From Ginglymostoma cirratum (lineage: Eukaryota), in contig JAHRHZ010000025.1 of assembly GCA_024137785.1 (NCBI GenBank), forward strand, positions 28,655,178 through 28,719,177: 64,000 nucleotides of DNA, given 5' to 3'. Shown piece after piece: positions 12,521-23,885 of the stretch (position 1 is the stretch's first letter; every line of letters starts with the position of its first letter). The notes under the pieces are model-generated. The model had not been told where the DNA came from. It saw only the letters and a program-made list of their open reading frames with translations, and made no database searches. The translations under genes were made by a program, and so were the position numbers.

Positions 12521-14512
12521 TTTTACTGGACATTACACTTCATTTGCATTTTAAGATTGCGCCACTTGGAAACTTTGAAATAGTGATCAATCTGCCTCCA
12601 TTAAATTGGCGCAATCCTCCATATGGTCTTGTAGCACAATAGATAATATTCCCACCCCAGAGCTCAATTCTCCAGGTTCCATCTCTATTCCAGGACTCAA
12701 CAGCTACAGAAGACATGGGCATAATGTGGCCAAACAGACTTATTGTTAATCTGCAAATATTTCCAAATCGCGTCTGGCAGAGGTAAGAGTGAGAGAGACT
12801 CCTGTTTCCCCATGTTTGATGCAGAGTGTTACCCTCAAACCACAGCCCCTTGTGACAGGGTAGCTAGCACCTTGTTCACGGAAAACCCAGCAATGGAAAC
12901 ATATATTAACATTTGCCTTCACTGCTTCATAAGCCAGGAGGCATGGGAAGAGGAAATTTTCTTCAAATGCATTGTACTGAATTCTCACATGAACAAGAGG
13001 AAGATTATGACCAAGAGTTATCACTTGACCAATGGTACCTATCTTCCTGCAGCCAGCATGGCTGTCTGGTGCTAGTTGGTAGCTTCCTCCCTAGGGCATA
13101 CAGTCTATAAGAATGGGGAGAATCAAACGCTCAACAAGGAGATGGCTTTGAATGTTACAGAATGCGCTTCTTTTCCATCTTGTGCTTGCAGTGACCCCTG
13201 GACTGGGTATAATGTAGTCAGCAGTAGACACTCTGCCCCAATCCAGGAAAGCTTCCATTGTACAAATGTATGAAGTAATAATGCCACAGTAGCCATCCAA
13301 ACAAATCTTTCAATAAGCTCCCTAATATGGTAACCATTGGCCAGTGGAAATTGGGTGCAGGTTTGTACTGCGAGCCAATTCACAAGTCGACCTGGGCTGC
13401 CACTGAGAGGGCTCAGTTCATATACAGCCAGTGTTCTTGGTCTGAATTCGGACAGACAAGAGAGATGCAAATGCAACATCTGAACAGAGTGCACCACCTA
13501 GACTCCAGTTATGCAGACATACAACGTACTTGAATGGGACCATTGTCACTTGTTTTATGATTCCAGCTGATGGTAATACTGACATGTGAGCTTCAGGAAT
13601 GGAAGAACTTGACTTGATAGATCATGTTCAGCCTTTACAGATGGTTACTGTGGTGGTTACTTCACTAAAACATAGTCACATGAGGCTGCAAATGTTCTTG
13701 AATAAAAGAATATTAGACTATTACATAGAAGAAAGAAAAATAAAAGCTATATATCCTGCTATATGAGACAGTTACAAAGATCTTAACATAAACAACAAAA
13801 GTTTCAACATGTTTCCCTGACCATCCTTTCACAAAGAATCAAACCCAGAGAAATCTCACTCCTATCTCAATTCTTTATAATGCCTTCCTTAACTGACTCT
13901 TCCCAGTTATTTCCCTTGGATTGCTGAGAGTTTTACGGCTGCTTTCATATTCTGTTGAAATGAGACTTTTTCACTTCTGACGGTCTAAGCGCCTTTTCAG
14001 TTCAGATGGTGGAGCCCTCTACACACTCTCACAACCGGGATTCTTCACAAACTTCCACCATGGTGACCAACTCTTCTAATTTCAAAACTTGAACCTTCTG
14101 ATTTAAAGTCAAAACGAAACTAGTGGTGCTGCATCATTTACCCTGCCCATCATCCAATCCCTGCACAGGTGCATGATTAGGCACTTAACAAAAGTCACAA
14201 GATTCTTGGAAATATGTATTCAGGTCACTATTTGAATGGATTTTCTGATCTCTCTTGGGGAAAAACCTTCACAGCACTGACTAAAATTCATCTGTCTCTA
14301 CTTTAAAATCCAAATCCCAAATGACACTGATGTTTGTACAAACAGACACTTTATTACACTTATTCCTTTTCAATGAATTTCAATTACAACTTTAAACACA
14401 GAGAAACTTTTAATGCAGAGAGAGAGGCAGCTGTAGCCTGTTATGAAAGAAGTTTTATTCCTTTTCTTGCTTATGGAATGTTAAGGACAAAGATTTCCTA
14501 TTTTTTAGCAAT

Positions 14513-14842
14513 ATAGAACCCCCCCACTAAAGTCTGGAAACAGGCCATTCAGCCCATTGAGTCCACACTGACTCTCTAAAGAGCATCCCACCCAGACACA
14601 CAGCCCTATGCTATCCCTGCATTTCCTGGGGCTAATCCACCTAACCCACACATTCCTGACCACTATCAGCAATCCACCCAACCTGCACATCTTTGGACTG
14701 TGGGAGGAAACTGGAGCATCCAGGGGAAACCCATGCAGATGCAAGGAGATTGTGCAAATTCCACACAGCTAGTCACCCAGGACTGGAACTGAACCTGGGT
14801 CCCTGGCACTGTAAGGCTGCTGTGCTAACCACTGAGCCACCC
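14513..14842 (-). mobile_element. HE1-type SINE
   Basis: aligns with 7867-8221. Confidence 0.85.
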
Positions 14843-16958
14843 CACTTAAATGAGTGCACAAAGCTTTGGTTCTTAATAGCTAACATTCAAATTTTTACCC
14901 TTTCCCACATACGCAGCCATTCATCCCATTCCGGTCAGAGTTCCTTTGTTCAGAAATGAATCTCGACGTTTGATCTATGTTCAAGGTTACCATTTGCAGG
15001 GCATCAGCCACTGACAATAGCTGCTGTAATGCTACTGACCACCTTCTGAATTTTCGCTGTCCATCTGCCTGGCAGAATTCACCGTTTTGGTCATCAAACT
15101 GAAGCGGCGACTTCCTGGTGTCAACTCATTTACCATTATAATCATTCATCACATTAGTAACCTGACACTGTTTATTGCAAACATATAACTTTTAAATAAG
15201 ATCCCTTCTTATTCTTTGCCATTATCCCCTCTTCTACTGACAAAGGAGTAGAAATCCGAGCTGGAACTGCAACTAGCCCATTAGTAACTCATTAAGTGGC
15301 AATTCACTATGTAAATGCTTGCTTCTTAAGAGCTACAAATCTTTGTGTACTGTTTCTAGTGCCGTGGTTAATGCATTCATTGTGAAATACTTGCCAACTG
15401 ATGCACACAAGCATTTGGCTCAAATATATCAAGCACGGTGCAAAAAATAGCACACGAAGAAATATCAACTCAAAATACTTATTCATTTTCTGATGCTGAA
15501 GGTGGTAGCAGATACCAATGTCCAGCACAGATTACCAAGGAGAAAGCCAAAGGCCGAGAACGCAATCCGCATTGCAAGGAGTTAAGGCGTCTGCACACTG
15601 AATGCAGGTCACGTCCTTCAGGATAAACTGCTTTATAACATGAAGAGAGCACACTGAAATAAATTCAATCTGCTCCCCGTACCTAGTGCCTGACCTCACT
15701 TTGAAACCATTACAGAAGGAGACAGAGTAAAGATGCAACCTGGCAGCCCACTGGGAAATGTTGGAGCATTTAAAGATACCATGGTTGCACAAGCAGCAGA
15801 TTTGGAACAGTACTTCTTCTCCTCGATTTTCTAATATCTTTTAGGGCTTGATAGCTTTTTCAAATTATACAATATCAAGGCACAAAGCAAAGGATGTGGA
15901 TGAGTGATGGAACAATACAGACTTCAAGCCTAGTTTCTGACAGGGGTTATAGTAGATATGAGGCTGCAGACGGAATTGCAAAGAAGGCACCTGCGAACAT
16001 ACACGTAAACATACTACTTAGGAATAGGAATGGGCCTCTCAAGCCTGCTGCACCACTCAGTAAGATCATGGCTAATTTATTACTCCACATTCCACCTCCT
16101 TTTACTTTTCATGCACTTGTTTATTAAGAATCTAACTGTGCCTTTAGAAGAGCCAGAAACGCTGCCTCTAAAAAAAAAGTTTCAAAGACTTACTACTCTG
16201 AGAAAAAAAATTGTCCGCATCTCTGTCTTAAATGGGTGACCCCTTCCTTATTTTTAAACATTGACCCCGAACTCAAGATTCTCACACCTGTCAAGACCAT
16301 TTAGGATCTCGTACGATGCAATCAAACCATTCCTTACTCTTCTAAGTTCTAGAGAATACACATCTAACCTATGCAACTTTCCTCATAGGAAAACACAGGT
16401 ATTAAGCCAAGTAAATCTCTATTAAACAGTCTCGATGCATTTCAACCACAAAGAATTTCAGCTACAGCTTTAAACACAGAGAAGCTTGCACTGGAGAGAG
16501 AGATTACAAACAGCCATGGCCTATTATGAAAGAAGTTTCTTTCCTTTTTTTGCTCATGGAATGTTTATGGGAAGAATGTCCTTTTTTTCTATTTTTAGCA
16601 AAGCCTTAAATGGAGCATGCAAAGCTGTAGTTCTTAATAGCTAAGTCAAGGCTATACCCTTTCCCACATACCTACATGCTCATTCCATTCCTGTCAGGGT
16701 TCCTTTGATGAGAAAATCTTCAAATCAAATCTTTAAATAAGGAGGCCAAATATTGCACCCAGTATGCAAATATGGTCTCACCAAAAACTGAATCTTACAC
16801 TCCTTACTTTTTTCAGTCCATTTCCCTCGCAATAAAAAAAATCATCTAGCTCACCAAATTGCCTACTCTATTTGCATACTAACGTTTTGTGATTCACACA
16901 ATAGGACACCCAGATTCCTCTGCACCTCAGAGTTTGGCAATACCTCACCATTTAGACA

Positions 16959-17050
16959 ACAAGCATGGGGCTGGATGAACACAGCAGGTCAAGCAGCATC
17001 ATAGGAGCAGGAAAACTTGACGTTTCGGGCCTAAACCCTTCATCAGAAAA
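16959..17050 (-). mobile_element. Penelope-like element terminal fragment with minimal hammerhead core (17019-17046)
   Basis: minus strand CTGATGAagggtttaggcccGAAACGTC. Confidence 0.75.
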
Positions 17051-17526
17051 ACTCTGTTTTTACATTATTCCTGTCAAAATGCGCAAGTGTACATTTTCCC
17101 ACATTATAACCAATTTGGCAGATCTTTTCCCAATCACCTAACTGCAGCCTTTTGTAGCCTCCTTATTCCCTCTTCACAACCTACTTTCCTAACTACCTTT
17201 GTGTCATCAATAAATTTAATGATCATACCTTCCATCCTTTCATCAAAGACACTTGTTTAAAATAAGGCTCCAGTGCTGATCCTGTGATAGATTTTTTGTT
17301 ACATCCTCCCAACAACAAGATGACCCATTTATGTCTAGGCAGCCAGTCTTCTATCCATGCCAACAGGCTTCCCCTGTACGATGAGCTTTTATTTTCCATA
17401 ATAACCTTTGACGTGGCACCTTATCAAATGCCTTCTGTAAATCTAAGACAGTATATCCACCAGTTCCTCTTTATCCACATATTACTTCCTTAAAACACTC
17501 TTGACAGATTAAGAAAAGGCTTAGTA

Positions 17527-17884
17527 GGGAGTGGCACGGTGGCTCAGTGGTTAGCACTGCTGCCTCACAGTGCCAGGGACCTGGTTCAATTCCATTCTCG
17601 GGCGACTGTCTGTTTGGAGTTTGCACATTCTCCCCGTGTCTGTGTGGGTTTCCTGTGGGAGCTCCAGCTTCCTTACACGATCACAAAGATGTGCAGGTTA
17701 GGTGGACTGGCCATGCTAAATTACTCATAGTGTCCAAGGATGTTCAGGCTGGGCAGATTAGCTGTGGGAATTGCAGGGTTGCAGGGATAGGGTAAGGGAT
17801 GAATCTGGGCAGGATGCTCTTCAGATGCTCAGTGTAAACTCAATGGGCCAAAAGGCCTGCTTTCACAGTCTGGGGATTCTATGA
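17527..17884 (+). mobile_element. HE1-type SINE nested in CR1
   Basis: ggcacggtggctcagtggttagcactgctgcctcacagtgccagggacctggttc head, V-domain, gggattctatga tail. Confidence 0.85.
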
Positions 17885-18195
17885 GGTAGATTGGTGAAAC
17901 ATGATTTTCCTTTCACAAAACCATAATGACTCTGCCTGATTACCTTTATCTTCTCTAAGTGCCTTGCTTTAACATCTTTAATAACAGCTTCTAACATCTC
18001 CATGATGATAGATGTTGAGCTGACTGGCCTGTAGTTTTCTACTTCCTGACTCCTTTTCGAATACAGGAGTTACATTTGCTATTTTCCAAACTAATGGGAC
18101 CTTCCATGAACATAGGGAATTCTGGACAATTAAAAGCAATGAATCAATTATTTCAGTGGTCATTTCTTTTAAGACCCTAGTGTGAAGTCCATCAG

Positions 18196-18620
18196 GAATC
18201 AGAATCAGGATCGGAATATCCATTATTGTCACATGTACTCCAGTACAGGAGTACAGTGAAAAGTTTCTACAATGGCTGTCCTTAATGACGCCATCTTTGG
18301 TACAAATACCTAGGTACAAATCTTACAGAGTAAAACAATAGTGTTGTTTCAGAGTAAAAGAAGAATATAGATTTGCATGAAACAGTGAAAGAGTCTGGAA
18401 TGAATAAAAGTGCCCATAAGTATGTAAGTTCCAGGCCGTATCTGCAGGCCCTTCAGCACGAAGCCGTGGTGCTTCCATGTGCCAGTCTCCATCAACGGCT
18501 CACTCCACCGCCATTCCAGGAATCGCCCATTCACTCCCCTGCTGCCAAGGGACTTGGCATGTGTTTGTTCCGCCACCGGGCCCGGCCCACGCGCAGCTGT
18601 TCCTCCAATAAGACATCACC
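18196..18620 (-). mobile_element. non-LTR retroelement 3' end with (GATTCT)n-like tail and GC-rich body
   Basis: minus strand ends gtacatgtgacaataatgga...gatcctgattctgatt; abuts the CR1 fragment; family not identified. Confidence 0.45.
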
Positions 18621-19350
18621 TTTTCTTCTTCCCTTCCCCCGGGTACTCTCTTGCCTGTCCCTGTGCAATCAGTTCTCAAATCAGTACAGCTCCCGTAGCT
18701 TGTATAAGTAAGATTCCCTTGGCTGCACCAGTGCGGCTTTGCCTGCAGCCTCAGTGTGTATATGATCTACTCTATCTTTCGTCCCAGTGTGGTTAGTCCT
18801 GTGACCTCGCTGCAGGGTGACTTGTCCAGCGCAGATTTGGCCTGGCCTCCAAAGGCTTTCCTCGGCGCCTCCTGTCCTGAGTACTCCTTCAGATTCTTTC
18901 AGTGTTCAACTGGACTGTTCCCAGGCTTACTGCACGAACTGTGGGTGTTAATCGAAATATACTGACCCCTTTGCAGTGTCTTTCTGATGACCTGATACAA
19001 GTATCCTGTTTGTGATGCAAATTGTTATTGCAGATTATTTTACAAAATAATCTCAGAAGCCTTGAGGTACCGGTCAACAATCATTTACTGAGCCAGCGCT
19101 GGGAGAGTCTGCCTCAGAAAAGATTCCAAGGTAGCACTCTAACACAATGAGGATTCATCAGAAAGTTATACATTTTAAGTCGTGTAGACAGTACATTGTA
19201 CAGATTCCAAAATGGTCTGTTTGAGACAAACACCTTGGTTATCACACATTCCAAAAATGGCAAGGTAACTGTTCCCCCTGGTCTCACCACACCCTGTCAT
19301 TCACGGTGCCATTCCATCTCCTCTCCTTGGCCTGCGCTATTGTTGCTAGA

Positions 19351-20680
19351 TATTAGCGATACTACTGAAATCTAGGTAATGTTCTAGGAACTGGTTTTGA
19401 ATCCCACCACGGCAGTTGGTGGATTTTGACTTCAACCAAACTTGGCATTATAAGTCTAATGATGACCATGAAACCACTGGTGGATGTTGTGAAAACCTAT
19501 CTGGTTCACTTTAGAGAAGGAAATTTGTCATACTTACCTGGTTGGGCCTGCTTGTGACTCCAGACCCACAGAAATGTAGGTGACACTGAACTGCCCTCTA
19601 AAATGGCAGCTGTATCAAACCACTGAAAAGTTTCAAAAATAAGGAATGGAACCAGAAGTAATGGCAAACTCAGCCTTGTCAGCACTGCAAAGTCCTCCTT
19701 ACCGACATCTAGGAGTTACTGATAAATTTGGCAGACCAGACTCACAGACCAGTCAACTAACAGCCTGAAATAGTCATATGCACGGAATCAGACCTACAGA
19801 TATTGTCATTCCAGCAGAGTGGTATAAATTTGAGCAGTTGTGTTTTTGGGAGTGTTTCAAATTGACTCCAAAACCCATGAAATCTCATGGCATCGGGTTA
19901 CATACGGGCAAAGAAACCTCCTGCTGATTACCACATACCATTTCCCCCACAATTGGAGAAAGTACTGAGTGTGGCAAGGACACAAAAAGAACTCTTGGCG
20001 GGGAATGTCAACGCTTTCAATGCACTAACAGTACTGATTGAGCTGGTCGACTCCTGAAGGACATAACTGCTGAACTAGGTCTGCAGCAGACGGTGAGGTA
20101 ACCAACAAGAGGGAAAAACATACTTGACCTCATCCCCATCAATCTGCCTGCCACAGACACAAGTGTCCATGTCCAAAGCAGCAGGAGTATGAACCATACA
20201 GTCCTTCAGGAGACAAAGTTCCGACTTCAAACTGAGGATATTCTCCAATGTGTTGTGTGGCACTATAATTATACCAAATGGGATAGATTTTGACCAGATC
20301 TAGCAACTCAAGCCAAACTGTACTCGAACGCAATCTGCAACCTCATGGCCTGGCATATTGCCCACTTTATCATTACTATCAAGCCAACACTGGTATAAAA
20401 AAGGGTGCAGATGAGCATGCCAGAAGCAGCACCAAGTCTACTTAAAAATGAGGCGTTAACCTGATAATGTTACAAGACTGTACTACTCCTATGTCAAACA
20501 ACATAAGCAGCAAGAGACAGACAGAACTAAACGATTCCATAACCCATAGATCAGATCTACGTTTTGCAGTCTTACCACATCTAGTCACGGGTCGTGGTGG
20601 ATGGTTAAACAATTCAGTGGCAGAGGAGGCTCTACAGATATCTCACCTCAATGGGTTTGAAAGACAGGGCATTCGTCAGA
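19351..20680 (+). mobile_element. 5' part of CR1-group LINE: tRNA/SINE-like head followed by degenerate AP-endonuclease region
   Basis: first ~250 bp align with SINE at 4286; QPEIVICTESDL (APE-like) near 19760-19797; 3' part overlaps the family at 36800. Confidence 0.65.
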
Positions 20681-21244
20681 GACTAGCAGCCTTTAGGGCA
20701 TTTCTTATAGGATTAAGAAAGCAGGGATGCTTCCTCCGAACCTCAGGAGAGACTTTCACCTGCAACTTGTCAAATAGAGCCAATGTCTAGAAGATTATAA
20801 TTCAGTTTGTAATGCATTCCTCCCTTTTAAGCCTATCCCTTTGATAATTCCTTCACACCTTATCAGCTGTGACATTTCAAAGTCCCACTCTCTCTAGACA
20901 GCAAGTGAATTTACATCATTTTGGCTGTATCACTCCTCTTTTAAAGATACTGGAATGAAAATTCAAGATGTCCATAGGTGATCTGTGGTTATGATAAATG
21001 GTCATGATAGCAAGGCCACGTCAATAATGATGATTGCTCAATGATGTTGAATGGCAGCAACCAGCAGGACGATAAGCAAACTGTCAAACAAGTGTGTATT
21101 TCCCCAGATGGGCAAATGATTACCAGACCAGGGCAACTTGTCAAATATTCAAAGAATTACATTTGCACTTAAAATGTCAATTTTGTAAACTATTTTACCT
21201 GTTTGCATAATTATGAATTGACATCAAGTGGCTATGTACAACTA

Positions 21245-21327
21245 GGTGTGGAGCTGGATGAACACAGCAGGCCAAGCAGCATCATAGGAGCAGGAAAGCT
21301 TGACGTTTCGGGCCTAGACCCTTCATC
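21245..21327 (-). mobile_element. Penelope-like terminal fragment, hammerhead core truncated
   Basis: same family as 16959; core lacks the leading CT. Confidence 0.7.
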
Positions 21328-21585
21328 TATGTATCTTTGCTTGAGACAAGCTTTTATTTTTGAGAAAAGGTGATGTATGACAATGCAAGGTCAACGTGCA
21401 ACTATGTCATACTAAATCTTAGTGAGGGCCAGTAGAAGTACAAAATTCTACGGGAAGTAGCTCCTCTGTTATAACCTGATAGTGTAATATTTGCCAAGAC
21501 ATTTATGTGTCTGAAAATGCAATAGTGGGAATAAGTTAATTGCAATAAAGATTTGATGGATTCTTCAATACCATGATATCCACAC

Positions 21586-21707
21586 CCATCAGGGTAGTTT
21601 TACCTGATGAGACAACGCTTATGTTATCTTCGGTAACATAAGAAACTGTTCTTATGTTACCGAAGATAACATAAGCATTGTCTCATCAGGTAAAACTACC
21701 CTGATGG
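21586..21707. repeat. near-perfect palindrome, 59-bp arms, 4-nt loop, one mismatch
   Basis: 21586-21644 is the reverse complement of 21649-21707 except one position. Confidence 0.95.
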
Positions 21708-21941
21708 AGATAAACTCGCACTCAAGCTGTGTTTTACATGGAAAGCACTGACACACTCAAATCTTCTAAGAACTTCAACCTTCAAACCACCATGACACAA
21801 ACACAGTTACCTAGTGTGGGTGCTATGCAGTCTTCACGGATCTCGCACCTTGGGAAATGCAGTTCAGTTCCAACAGGCAATCATGCCAAGCTGTTTGGTG
21901 TGAAAACAGACTGATGAGTTAGGGACAGATGAGTAACTGGG

Positions 21942-22036
21942 CAGTTCTGAGGAAGGCTCACCAGACCCGAAACAGTAACTCTGATTTTTTCTTCACAGAT
22001 CCTGCCAGACCTGCTGAGATTTTCCAGCAACTTCTG
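21942..22036 (+). mobile_element. Penelope-like terminal fragment with degenerate hammerhead core
   Basis: ttCTGAGGAaggctcaccagacccGAAACag...gccagacctgctgag. Confidence 0.65.
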
Positions 22037-22339
22037 ATGAGTTAGGTACCTCACCATGCTGTGGCAGCACTTCAACTGATTTTGTAGAGTTTGCCATAAT
22101 ATGGCACATATCAAGGCACAATTTGCCTGTAGGCTAGCTTACTCCAAACGGCAACAGTTCTTGCAAATGACATCCTTGTGAAATTCACAAGATGGAGTCA
22201 GTATTACGGGCTGGTGGCTGAGCCAATGCCTTCCCGTATGTTTAGAACCTGCTGACTCATCCAGAATCCTTTTTAGTCGAGTACCATAAAAACATTTAAA
22301 GTAAACAAATTTATTACAAATGGTGAAAAGAAATGGCTA

Positions 22340-22822
22340 TTTCATCTGGACATTTTGTAAGAACATAATTTCAAGGGGAAATTCAACATTTATACTTAAT
22401 TGGGGGGGGTGGAAAGTGCTGATTGGTTGGCAATTTTTGCTTTCTTCTGGAACTTACAAGTATGAATGCACAGCACCCTGTTCTTTGCGAACAGAAACAA
22501 CATGTCCATGCACTCCATATGTTTCAACTCAATTAAATATTGAAAGCCATTCACTGGTTCATTAGGGAAGTGCCCTGACCAATCAGAGATGATCTGTCCA
22601 GTTTAAAAAAATTAAGAAAGTATGTCTGTTAACTGTCAATCAACATTACTGGATGCATTGTCCATGCCAACATTTTTAACAAACAGATTCCACTTGACAA
22701 CCAATCACACTCTCCCCTCATGCAATTTATGTGTTGGTTTTCCCCTTGAATTTGTTCCTGCAAAATGTCCTAATGAGTACAAGATTAAAAGCTTCAACAA
22801 AAGTGTCTTTTTTCAACAGTAC
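22340..22822. mobile_element. old foldback element with imperfect ~90-bp inverted arms (22340-22432 / 22694-22775)
   Basis: ggacattttgtaagaac...ttcaaggggaaa...gtgctgattggttggcaa mirrored by ttgacaaccaatcacac...tttccccttgaa...caaaatgtcc. Confidence 0.55.
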
Positions 22823-23624
22823 TGAAATTCTATAAATGAGTATTAATAGAGCAAAAGCAGTAATCAATTCACAGAAAGCATTTACGTTAAAGAAGTTCCT
22901 TCTCCCAATCCAACTGAGCAATAAATAATGCCCTAAAGTCTCCTTGTTTCAGAGCCAACCAACTCTGTTAATCTGTCAGAAATGAAGTTCAAAACCAAAA
23001 TGGTAATCAATAGTCACATCTCAGCTGCCAAGGCCTTGATCAGCACTCTTCGGCTCAAACTGCTGACAGAGAGAGCTATGAGCAGTCAAACCCTGAACCC
23101 ATCATGAGAGGCTTATACCCTTGCTGGTCATTAATTGAGACTCAAGCTCTAAATTATGCCATATGAATATATTAGTAGATCAACGCTGAGCACATTGAGA
23201 TAAAACACTGCCTTCTCTTTTAATGAACAGAGAAATTTCATTCAATTATGGTAAATACTTGAACAACAATCAACATCATTTTAAGGCCCTAGGCTTTAAT
23301 AAACAACTGTCTGCACAGTGGCTACTTCCATCACACTCGGGCGCATCTACGTTTACTCCAAACGTGCAGAAATCATGACTCGTGAATAATTAGTCAGTTT
23401 TCTTCATAATTCTGTAAACACCAGAATGAGGGGGTTATTTCAGAATTAGCAACCCAAATTATGATTAAGGCAAAGTGAAGTACACAACATTTTTAAATGA
23501 AAATGAAAATTCTGGTATGTAATTAGCTTTAATAGGTGAAATATTCACCAAAGTCTAGTTTTCATCCAGTTTAAATATATTTTGGACCAAACAACATTTA
23601 GCAGCTATTTAACACAATGGGGAA

Positions 23625-23885
23625 AGCAGCACACATCCTCCCTACCCCCCTACCTACACTCACCTTTACTGGCTCCATCCCCGCCTCTTCGACTTGTCTG
23701 CCTCCTCTCCACCTATCCTCTCCTCCATCCATCCTCTATCCGCCTCCCCCTCTCTCCCTATTTATTTCAGAACCCTCTTCCCCTCCCCCATTTCTGATGA
23801 AGGGTTTAGGCCCGAAACGTCAAGTTTTCCTGCTCCTATGATGCTGCTTGACCTGCTGTGTTCATCCAGCCCCATGCTTTTTATC
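23625..23885 (+). mobile_element. Penelope-like element 3' terminus with intact minimal hammerhead core (23794-23821)
   Basis: pyrimidine-rich body then CTGATGAagggtttaggcccGAAACGTCaag. Confidence 0.8.

Larger units (their letters stand above)
16010..18195 (-). mobile_element. fragmented CR1 LINE (3' end and RT pieces) with nested insertions
   Basis: minus frame PDGLHTRVLKEMTTEIIDSLLLIVQNSL...WKIANVTPVFEK (CR1 ORF2); CR1 3' tail near 16010-16070. Confidence 0.75.

Noticed and set aside
21604-21650. Canonical hammerhead within the 122-bp palindrome
   Set aside because: Eight unpaired nucleotides separate CTGATGA from the available stem, and the long palindrome would dominate folding.
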